DNA of 39,836 nucleotides, from the NCBI GenBank assembly GCA_000388065.2, contig KB932202.1; one strand, 5' to 3'. How positions within the stretch are numbered: position 1 is the stretch's first letter; every line of letters starts with the position of its first letter. The notes under the pieces were generated by a model, which did no database searches, was not told the origin of the DNA, and was given only the letters and a program-made list of their open reading frames with translations. Below are positions 15,316-25,912 of the stretch, in pieces. This stretch comes from Fonticula alba ATCC 38817. Lineage: Eukaryota; Protista; Nucleariida. The position numbers and the translations under genes are program-made.

Positions 15316-18024
15316 AGTCTGGTGGGAAGGCAAAGGCAAGGACGGGGGGGGAGGAGGGCAATGAGTGCCCGATGTACGGTGGTGCATCGGAGGCTGGGTG
15401 CGACGTCTCTTTAGATCCCAGCGAGGCGCTCTCGTTCCCTGGGGGATCTCCCTTCGGTGGATGGTGTGACCGGCAGGATTGCAGCTCTCTGCTCCCCCCC
15501 CCCCCCCCCCCCCCCAGCAGCGGAGGTTATTTCGGCGGCAAGTTATGTGCCCCCGCTGGGAGACGAAAAGGCGAGCAGAGCGGATCAGCCACCGAGGGCA
15601 GGTCCGGTCTCGCCCCCGCCCTCGTTCTCCCCTCCCCCAGCACTCGCCGAAAGCCAGCAGATCGGTCCAGGGGCTGGAGGCATTGGCCCGCGGCGTAGGA
15701 TCTCTCGCTCCTCGGCCAGCGGTTTCAGGGCGCGGAAAGGTGTGCACAAAGTTCCGAAAGACCGATCAGACGGCAGGGCGGAGGAGAGACAACTGGCCTG
15801 CAGTCTCTGTCAGCGGGTGTTACACGGAGACGCATCCGTGATAATGCAAACATACCAGCCGGCACAGGAATAATGATGAAATAAAAAAACAAAATACATA
15901 AGCCACAACAGATGCCCACCGAAGAGACCGACGACTCAATGTGCCTGTTCAACGGCCCCTCGCTTGGCCACCGGAGTCGGCCCTGGCCGGCAGACTGAAG
16001 GGGGGCGGGGAGGGTCGTGGCTAACATCGCCGCGGGGTAGTCGAGGGGGGTGACTCAGCCAATGGTGTATGCCCACCAGAACTGACGCCAATGGAATGAC
16101 TGGTACATGCTGAAGAAGCGGAATAGCGGCACCGGACCCAATCCTTGTCATGATCACGGGAGACGGAGGCGTGTTCTGGCCGTTTTGGAGCCGGTCCCCC
16201 GCAGGTCGACCGCGAACGACGCACATGCGCTTGGACGCGTGTGAGCGTGTCCCCCGCCCCGTCCAGCGTCAGGCCGTCGGCTCGTACGTCTCAGGGTGCC
16301 CGGCTTTGGGAAAGAACAACCACGCCTGTAGGGTCCCTCTCTCTCCAGGGAGTCGGTCCCGCCACAATTGGACGAGCGCCGCTCTGCCCCCTTCTCCAAC
16401 AGGGCGGNNNNNNNNNNNNNNNNNNNNNNNNNNNNNNNNNNNNNNNNNNNNNNNNNNNNNNNNNNNNNNNNNNNNNNNNNNNNNNNNNNNNNNNNNNNNN
16501 NNNNNNNNNNNNNNNNNNNNNNNNNNNNNNNNNNNNNNNNNNNNNNNNCGATCAACCTCTTTCACTGCCCCCCCCCCCCCCCCCACCCACTCTCTATCCA
16601 GTCCACATCCCCTCGCACTCCCTTTGCTCCCCTCCTCCCTCCCCTCCTTCTCTGGCCAGTCACAGGCGTACGCACACGCGCACGCACGTCGGCCTGCTTC
16701 GCCCAGCTGGCGGTCCATTCCGACGCGTCCCGAAAAAAAAAAACAAAAACAAGCACGCCCCGATCCCTGGCCCCGTTAAACTTCCTCCCCCTGTGGCGTT
16801 CTCCCCCTTATACTCATCTCGCCCTACACGCATCCGTACGTCTTTGTCTTTCCCTCTCCTTCCGCCTCTCTCCCTCCCCCCATTTTTGCTCCTTTTCAAG
16901 CGGCCAGCCTGTTTCCGGGCCGCTCGCACTCCCCCTCCTCCTCTCCTCTGCCTCCTCCTCCTTCTCCTGCCCCGATTCGCGCGACATCAGGCGCGCGCGC
17001 GCACATGTGTCAGCATTGTCCCCTGCACTCGAATGGCCATCGAGCATGCTCTCCCGTGCTTATCGCTCGTACCATGGCCAGCTTCTGCTCGGACTCTCGA
17101 AGGATGTGCATGCTGTCTCATTCGACACTCTCCACACGCCCGGGAGGATTTGCAGATGCCCATGAGCGCAGGGACCTCGCGAGTAGGGGGAGGGGATGGA
17201 GGAGGATGGACAGTCAGGCGTATGAACCACGTGCCAGGGTGGACTCCGCCAGCCTCCTCCTACGACCTCCATCTTCCTCGCATGTCTCTCTCTCTCTCTT
17301 TCTCCCTCTCCCTTGTTCTCTCCTGGCCGTGGAAAAAAGAAAGGAACTATCAAAAAAAAATCGAAGAAAACCACGAATATCTGCCCAAAAAGATACACAT
17401 TTACACGCCCTAGAACATGCGGAAGAAACCCCCCGTTCCAACTTACATGGCAAGGGTGCCTCTTTGGCCGGCCGGAGTTCCCTCTCCCTCTCGATGCTCT
17501 CTCCCTCTCCCCCCACCCCCTCTCTCTCTCTCTCCTGCTCCCTTCAAGTACCAGCATAGACAATATATCCACCAAGAACATGTGTCCACGCATGCTGCGA
17601 ACAAGGGACCAGCAGCGCACCGCCGTTTCTCCCAGTGGTACAGGCGCGTGTCGTGATTGGTGCCTCCCTTGTTTAGGCAGACTCTTGCTCTGCGCATCGA
17701 GCGAAGTGATCTACCCCTCGGGTGGCTCTCATGCTATTTGGTGCTCCCGCCGCCGGGCTCCTGCTCCCTTTCCATGGCTTCCACCTGGCCCCTCCCGGGT
17801 GACTCACTCCTGTGCTTGCTTAAGCCTACTCCTGATGTCTCTACCGGCCTATGCCCCTGCCACCTCGGCCCGAGGGGGAAATGAGTGGAGCATGCTGGAT
17901 CTCGGGGTGTGCTGTGCCCGCGCGGCGTTGCCGACATCCCAAGGAGCATGGTGACAGCCTGGACATGAGCCAGCCGGAGAGCGCTGAAGCGAGCTTGCGA
18001 AAGCTTAAGAGAGTCGAAGAGAGC

Positions 18025-18078
<54 letters not shown>

Positions 18079-18111
18079 GAAGATAGCCGAGCAGGGAGAG
18101 AGCGCCCGCGC

Positions 18112-18166
<55 letters not shown>
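18025..18166. repeat. Compound (GA)n/(CT)n microsatellite block
   Basis: Several long GA dinucleotide runs read directly. Confidence 0.9.
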
Positions 18167-18170
<4 letters not shown>

Positions 18171-18504
18171 GGCGAGAGACAGAGACAGAGACAGAGAGAA
18201 ACACAGATACAAGCACAATTTGACGCCCGTACACAAGCCAAAGCCACCTTGTGTTGAATAATAGAGCCCCCCCCCCCCCCCCCCCCCCCCCAGCCCCTGC
18301 TTGGCAGCCCATACGCTGTTCCCCCTCCTCTCCTCCTCTCCTGCATATGTGAACTCCTCCAGCCACTGATTGGCAAAGCCCGTCACGGGCCATTGACCAA
18401 GAGCCCCACTAACCCCCCNNNNNNNNNNNNNNNNNTCCCCCCCCCCCTCCTCCCTCTCCCCCTTCGATTCCTCCCCCGTCCCCTACGCTAGGTGATATCG
18501 CACC

Positions 18505-21328
18505 ATGGCGGTGGTTTACTACCGGTTCCGCTCGGCTGACCGCGGGCGTGCGGTTCAATTCGAGGGCACGCGCATTCAGCTTGATGAGCTGAAGCGCCGG
18601 ATCATGGAGGCAGAGCGCATCACGCCTGGCGTCGAGTATTTGCGCTTGTACAATGAGGAGAACGATACCGGTACGTGGTGACTGAGCCTTTGGGGGATGG
18701 CTCCTTTTCCCCCCACCCTTCCTGTGGACTTCCCTCTGACCCCGCCCCGTCCCCTGCGGTCTGCGTAAATTGCAGAAATTACCGGCCCATTTGTAAATGG
18801 AAACTCATCCGTGCTGGTGAGCCGCGCGCCGGTGTCGCGGTCCTTCGCCGGGCAGTATGGTGCCCCGGCATACCAGCAGCGGCGAACCATTGTCAACCCG
18901 GTCCCCCAGGCAGCACCGGTGCTTGGGGCCACCTCCCTGGCTGGGATTGATGCTCGGCCGATTGGCATGTCGGCCGATGAGGCTCGCTTCCTGCGAGGGA
19001 CTCCATCCTCCGGGCCCGAGGCCGCAAACCCGGCGGGCCCAGCGGCGGCTGCCGGGTCTGAGCCCGGCGATTCGGCCACCCCTTCCGGCGAGCCTGGTGC
19101 CGCCTCGCTGGATCTGCTCAAGCTCCAGGCCATGCAGGAGTCGTCCCTGCAAAATGCCCAGCAGGCGCCCCTGGGCTTGCCACAGCCTCGACACGGGCCG
19201 ATGATGGGTCCGGGGGGTGGGATGCGCCCAGGCGGGCCGGGCGGCATGGGACCCATGCCTGGGCAGCCGGGCTTCACCCCGCGCCCGGAGCCCACTCGCG
19301 CCGTGTACGGCATTCCTCGAGCGCAGTTGAAGTCCGACGATGCTTCCGGCACCTTCCGAGTGGTCCCCAATGAGTATGTCCCCACATTTGATCTGCCCCT
19401 CCCTCCCGGCTTCTTGCTGTCCCTTTCCATGGCATCGCTATCGGGCTCGAATGCTGACCTCCCCTCCTCGGGCATCTTGCAGCAAGCAATTTAACAAGCA
19501 CACGCGCGTGCTGGCCGTGGCCAATACCGCCTCTTCGGTGGATGAGGTTGCCCCGCCTGAGCAATTTGCCTGCCCCATCTGCCATAAACTCCTGCGGGAG
19601 GCCTCAACCGTGGACTGCTGCTTTACCAGCTTCTGTGACTCATGTGCGTACCCATGTGTGGACCTCCCTTCCCTTTGTCCCTCCTTTCCATGTCCCCCTC
19701 CTCCGGTCCCACGCTGACATGTTGGCGATTTGTGTTAGGCATTCGCGACTATCTGGTGGACGATGATCGCCTGCAGTGCTTCCACTGCAAGCGACCGGGC
19801 GTTCATCCAGACATGATCCAGCCGAATCCTGCTCTGCGGAGTAAGGTCGAGGCGTATCGGGCGTCGGTGATCGAATCGGCCGCGGCCACCGGCGGGTCGC
19901 CACACTCCGGGTCCTCGAGCCCGCATGTGCACTCGCCCTCCTCGGTGGAGACTGCTCCAGCCCCGGGCGGTCCTGGCATCAGCATTTCCAAAAACCCCGC
20001 CTCATCGGTGAATATTAGCTCACTGCCGGCCCATGGCGCTGGTTCGCGGCACCGGGGCGGCTCAGGCAGTGAGGCACAGCAGCACCACCAACACCACCAC
20101 CACCAGCAGCAGCAGCAGCAGCAGCATCAGCAGCATCAACAGCACCAGCAGCACCATCAACACCAGCAGCACCATCAACACCACCAACACCACCAACAGC
20201 ACCAACAGCAGCATTCGCAGCAGCGCCCCCCACCACGCTCGGACCGCATGCATGCCTCTTCCCAGCCCATGGTTCCCCGGCAGGGCCCCTCCACATCGAC
20301 TCTTTCAATCAAGCCGCTGGCGACGGCCGGCAGCGGTGGTGGTGGTGGCGGCGGTGGCGGCGGCGGCGCCCATACCGCACCATTTGCTGGCACCAGACCG
20401 CGCGGGCTGACGGAACCCATGGAAGCGACGCATGGCCATGACAGTGCCATGCCACCATTGGTGCGTCTCTTCCTTCTCCTTCTTTTAGCCCCTAGTCAAG
20501 CTACTGCATGGCCCCTCCTGTCTGGGTCATTTTCCATGCAACTACGACGCAGAGCCCTCCTTCTGACCCTCTTCCCATTCCCCCCCCCCCCCGGGTCTCG
20601 GCAAACAGGCTGTCCCGGTTCGAAACTACAGTCAGGCCTACATTGTGGGAGCGCTCGAGTCTCTTGTGCAGAACTACCAGCAACAGGGACAGGAAACCTC
20701 GGTCCAGAGTCTCTTCTTGCTGATGGATGATGCGGTATTGGACAGCATCGTCGGGGCCTACTGCGCGGCTGGTGGCCAGCCTTCAACCAGCAACATTGTC
20801 CTTCCGCGGCGGCCGCTCCCGACCGAGGGCGGTGCGCCTCGGCGGCCCGATCACCCTCCCCGGCCGTCATCGCCACGCCAGTCGCCACACGACTTGGGCC
20901 GTAGCGAGGAGGGCCATCCCTCGCGTGGGTCATCCTCACGCTCGCGCTCTCGGTCGCGCTCTCGATCTCGATCCCGCGGTGGCGACCCGCACCGGTCATC
21001 GCGCGATCGGTCCGGGCGCCCGCCGATTGACCAGCGCTGGCGGTCGGACTCCCGATCGGACTCCCGCTCTCAGGACTGGGAACACGACCGTCGGAGGCGC
21101 GCCCGCGGGGGGGATCACCATCCCGCTGGGAAGGCCGATCACCGAGACAAGCGCGCCCGTAATGGTGAGCCCGGCTCTGCGTCGCCCTCAGGCGACAGGG
21201 CCCGCGGGGAGCCTTCGAGGCACTCCAGCCGGAGTGGTGGTGGTGGTGGTGACGGCAGCGCCTCTTCGCGGTCCGGCTCGTCTAAGTCCCAGACTACGGC
21301 AGCTGTGGCGGCTTCCAGCGCCAACTAG
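18505..21328 (+). CDS. RBBP6: RBBP6/Mpe1-like mRNA 3'-end processing factor (DWNN ubiquitin-like domain, RING, RS-rich tail), 5 exons
   Basis: Exons 18505-18670, 18776-19373, 19483-19643, 19739-20460, 20609-21328. The N-terminal DWNN domain (MAVVYYRFRSADRGRAVQFEGTRIQLDELKRRIM...SVLVSRAP) is missed by the ORF track. The RING reads CPICHKLLREASTVDCCFTSFCDSCIRDYLVDDDRLQCFHC...IQPNPALRSKV, and there is an SRSRSRSRSRSR tail. Confidence 0.9.
20077..20223 (+). repeat. Coding CAG/CAC/CAA repeat encoding a Gln/His tract of about 49 aa
   Basis: QQHHQHHHHQQQQQQQHQQHQQHQQHHQHQQHHQHHQHHQQHQQQHSQQ in RBBP6 exon 4. Confidence 0.92.
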
Positions 21329-22564
21329 CCAGAGCTGCGGGCTGGCGGCCCGCCCTTTCCCCCAGGGCCTCACTGCCCCCCCCCCACCCCTCCCCCCCCC
21401 CCCCCCCGCCTCCCTCTCTCTTGTCCTTCCCCATGTTGAAGCATACTTGCGGAGCGTGTGTAAATATTCGCACAAGCGAGCTGTGCCCGGGTGACAATAC
21501 ACTCAAGTACATATTCTTCTCGGGGAGCACCCGGACCTCTCTGTTGCTGTGAGAAAAGCCCTCACCTCATGAAGTTCGAGGACAAAAAGACGGACGCCCA
21601 GCCGGAGGTCCTGTCCGGAAATGATGGGTCCTTGGCCGGAGCGCGGGTGTGTGGGTGGGGCGGGCTGGGAGAGGGGAGGGGGGGGACTCGCAGGGTGTTC
21701 TCGATCAAGGGGGGCCTGACCGGGGGGGAAACTGCCTGTTTTGACAGAAGCAGATGTCAAATCGGCCCAACTGCCCACTGAGGCATTTTTGAGGGTGGCC
21801 GGACTGTTATCCCGCCCGCCATCTCGTCCTCCCATGACCAGGACCAGGGGTGACGATCGGCCGGGGGAAGGGGGGGGAGGGGGGGGACACTTGGCTCCCT
21901 GCCCGCCGAATGTGGCCCCAGCGACGCCGATCCATGCCCACGCCACCATGGTCTTCTCGTTGGACCTGAGGGAGATCAGNNNNNNNNNNNNNNNNNNNNN
22001 NNNNNNNNNNNNNNNNNNNNNNNNNNNNNNNNNNNNNNNNNNNNNNNNNNNNNNNNNNNNNNNNNNNNNNNNNNNNNNNNNNNNNNNNNNNNNNNNNNNN
22101 NNNNNNNNNNNNNNNNNNNNNNNNNNNNNNNNNNNNNNNNNNNNNNNNNNNNNNNNNNNNNNNNNNNNNNNNNNNNNNNGGGGGGGGGGGGAACCTTTTT
22201 CCGAGGCTCACACCAATCTGCTCCTGGGCCACGTCTCATGTAAACCCCCGCCGCCGTTGTCGCCCCTCGCTCTTCCCCTCCCCTTCTCTCTCCTTCCTTC
22301 CGTCACCTCGTACCCTTCTCTTCGGTGTATCCCTCCCCACGCACGCACGCGTGCGCTCCTCACTGGACGAGGCCCACCCTGTTGCCAATGGTGTCGAGCA
22401 CTCCCTCTCCCTCTCCCTCCTTTTCTGACACCGGCTTGGATGAACCCCTCCCTCCCCATGTGTGCGCCACTCCCCTTTGGGACAAGTGAAGAAGCTTGCA
22501 CTGCATCCCGCCCTCCTTCCACCACAAAGCCTGCGCGCACCTTTTTTTTTTTTTTTATTGACAG

Positions 22565-25556
22565 CCACCTTGCCCGAAGCCCGGTTGGCATCTTCAACAA
22601 GGGCCTCACCTGCCACCTGAGTGCCCTCCTACAAACTCTCTTCAGCATCCCACGGCTTATGCAGCCGATCTTGCAGAATACCGCGCGCATCCATCCGAGC
22701 ACCACCAACCACTCTGAGCGGGGTGCGTTTGGCCCCCCCCCCCCCTCATGGCCCAGCTGCTTTCCGCTTCTCTCCCATCCCCTTCTTCTTTCCCCCCTTC
22801 CACACTAACCGTCGACCTATCCCCTTGCCTTGTCTTGCTGTGGGCGGACATTCAGTGCTCCTGGAACTATGTCGGATGTATCTTCGCAAGGTGTCGAAGA
22901 TAGTCTACACTCAGATTGACCCGGCAGCACTGATTGCCGCCCTGGAGGCCCATCCGCTCTTCCATGGCATCAATCTCAACTCTGAACAGGACCCATCTGA
23001 GGTTCTGTCCAAGCTGATGGAGATCGTCGAAGAGGTGGCCACAGCCATGAGGGCCCCGAGCCCTGGGAGCCTGGCAGGGTCGCCAGCCACCCCGAGCCCA
23101 CCAAAGACCAGGTACCTACAGTGTGCTGCATTTTACCTTTCCCCCCTCTTCCTTGGATCTATACATGCACACACACACACACACACACACATACATACAT
23201 ACATACACATACTCTTCCTTGTCCAGAGTTGCTCGGGCTCTCTCACACCCAGTACTGCATTAGCATGCCCGATCTGTTCCGCTTCACCGAGAACCATGTC
23301 AGCTTCCAGGAGCACCTGGAATTGAATCACACCGAGGTCGATCGTCTACTGAAGACGGCATCCATTTCCCCGCAGGACAGTACAACCATGGTTCGTCCCT
23401 TTGACACGGTCCCCCTTCCTGGTCCCTCCAGTTCCCCCCCCTCCCCCCCCCCCCCACACACACACACACGCGCGCGCATGCACACCCCGGTCCCCCTTAC
23501 TCGGCCCCATTTGGTCTCACATGTCCCCCGCGCTTCGGATCCGGCCCTTGTTATCCTCCTTGCCGCAGTTTATCATCCCCCCCGGAGCCGGGGTTTCGCA
23601 CCTGGAAGATCTGCTCCTCCAACAGATGTTCCCCTTTTGCGACTTTTCCCTGGCGCGAACGGTCCTGTCCAGTGGCGAGCCAGCTACCGAGGAGCAAATC
23701 CGCCAGATCATGCCAAGCAGCCTGGAGGAGTTCCAGCGCCCATGGATGCTGAAATCCACGGCCGAGGTCATGTGCTTCCACATCAGTCAAACCAGCCGGG
23801 ACAATTTGAGCCAGGTGGTTTTCCCCGAGCGACTGAACTTGGGGCCCTTTCACCAAGAAAACCTGGCGCAAACCTTCAAGTGCATTTTCGACCTGAGGCA
23901 AACCTTGCATGAGGATCGCCACAAGCGCGACCTATCCGCGGCCTTGTCCCACTTCCAGGATGCATTCAACAGTTGGGTTGATTGCTCAAGTCCGAGTGCA
24001 TCCCTGACACTTCGGTACCCGAACGGGGAGGTTGCCTCTCACACTGTGGCAGAACGTGCGTCAGCCGGTCGCGCCTTGGCCATTGCTCTCCCTCCAGCCA
24101 ACCTCCCCGCCTAACCCCCTGTCTTTGCGGATCTCCCGCAGATGTCACTGCCCTGTCGAAGATCTTCCAGCCGGTGAACGACCATGCTTCCTGGGTCAAG
24201 CAGGTCATCTCCCAGCAGTATGAGGCCATCAATGCCGTGGGCTCGGACCCCTTTGTCCTGCATGCCCTTGTGATGTTCAAGCGCCAGGACAACGACGGCG
24301 GTCACTACTACATGATGCTCAATCGGCACGAGCTGTCGGCGGACGGCCAGGCTCTTTGGTGGCTTTGTGATGACCTGAAGATCTCGGAGCTCACTTTCGC
24401 CGAGGTGACGCAGCGCTTCGATGCCGTGAACAATGCCGGCTATTTGGCCTTCTACATCAAGGAGGGGTCGTCTCTGCTTGGCAACAGCTTCTTGGATTAT
24501 GCCCTCATTCGCGATGCCAACTCCCGGTCCATCCATCTGATTGTGCGTGCTTCTGCATGGTGCTACTGCTCTGAGGCGAGGCAATTGCGGGTGGCATCTT
24601 CTGCGAGATGTCTCTTTGCATTCCCCATTGCCATACCGCTTGTTGATGTCATGCTGATGTCGGATGTTCCCCCCTCCTCTCCCGTCAATGTCTTCCACTC
24701 CGGCTCCAGGATGAGATCATCCGAGAAAATACCGCACATGTGGAGGTGGTGCGTTTGCTTTCGCCGCTGTTCTGCCTGAGTTGCGACCGCCCTCCTGACA
24801 TCCCCCTTGTGTTTTTTTTTCCCTTTCCCCGGAATATCACCAGGCCGAGCCTCAGGCTCATCCTGGGTTCCTCTTCCTCGAAGAGGGTCTTCCCCTGACA
24901 CTGGGACGTGCTTTGGCCTATTTGGGCCTGGGGCATGTCTTCGGGGCAGATCATTGCCAGACGGTCGAGGAGTTCTATGTTCGGGCTGTGTGGGACATCG
25001 TCACTGGAGTATGACCTACCCCCCCTGTCAAATGCCCTTTCTGCTGCCGTTTGCCCTCTACTCGCTGCTTACTCACCGACAATCCCTCCCCTCCCGCCTC
25101 TTCCCTTCGCCCTGTCTGTCAACCGCTCGTGCATCCATCCATCAGCTCTGTCTTACTCCCCCGGCCTCTCGGAAACTATCATCCTCGACGAATTCCTTCA
25201 TCAAGCTTCACATCTCGATGGCCTCCCTGCATGAAACCATTCGTAACTTTGGATTTCGCCTCTTTTTCTTTGTGGCCTTCGGCACGGTGTATGACCTCTA
25301 TAATAAGGTTCCCGAAACGGTGGTCAGCCACTGCCAGTTCCTGGTGAAGGCCATGACCCACTTGGGCGTGAAGCCATTTATCCCACACCGGTCGGTTGAG
25401 GCCCTCCTGGCATACCACACCCTCGGCATTGGTCTTCCGCCGGAACAGGGCTCCGTTGTGACTTTCATGTGTCCGCGCGACAATGAGCCGGGCTTCCCTC
25501 TTGACATTTTGTCGATGCTGGAAGTTCCCCTTCAGCCGCTGGCGTCTCTGAAATAG
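22565..25556 (+). CDS. Ubiquitin-specific protease (peptidase C19), USP25/USP28/Ubp2-like; 5' end unresolved
   Basis: Exons after the gap: 22565-22722, 22856-23111, 23264-23390, 23569-24055, 24142-24542, 24710-24748, 24844-25008, 25146-25556. Cys box is GIFNKGLTCHLSALLQTLF, followed by EQDPSEVL and FPERLNLGPF; His box is LHALVMFKRQDNDGGHYY...WWLCDD...GYLAFY. Upstream exons probably start near 21569 or 21835 but are obscured by N gap 21980-22179. The 23111/23264 junction and the last three exons are less certain. Confidence 0.8.
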
Positions 25557-25912
25557 ACACCTGGGGGACGAGACGATCCCGCTTCTCTTTTCCGAGAGAC
25601 AAGTCGAGAGCCGTAGAGGGAGCTAAAGAGAGGGGGCGAGAGAGGGGGCGAGAGAGGGGGCGAGAGAGAGGGATAGGGAGGGAGAGACAGGCAAGGCGCC
25701 AAATGCAAATCAGCAAAAAAAAAATGAAGATTTATTTCACGGTGCACTGGCTGACGAGCCGGGACTGGCTATACTCAAATGGAAAATCACTCTAGGCGAG
25801 CAACATTTCTGAGAGATTGGCGAGAAAAGGGAGAAAGAGAGACGGAGAGAAAGAGAGACGGAGAGAGAGAGAGAGAGAGAGAGAGGTAAGGCGGTAATGT
25901 GGAACACTACAG

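Noticed and set aside
17734-17950. MLLGMSATP resembling SF2 helicase motif III
   Set aside because: No other helicase motifs in any nearby frame and the ORF ends after about 70 codons; likely coincidence.
25228-25556. Stand-alone small gene starting MASLHETIRNFG
   Set aside because: A consensus-like donor (25009) and acceptor (25145) join this frame to the upstream USP exons in phase 0, so it is better explained as the last USP exon. A separate gene is not fully excluded.
25629-25668. 12-bp tandem repeat (GAGAGAGGGGGC)x3
   Set aside because: Low-complexity UTR repeat with no spacers; not CRISPR-like or mobile-element-like.
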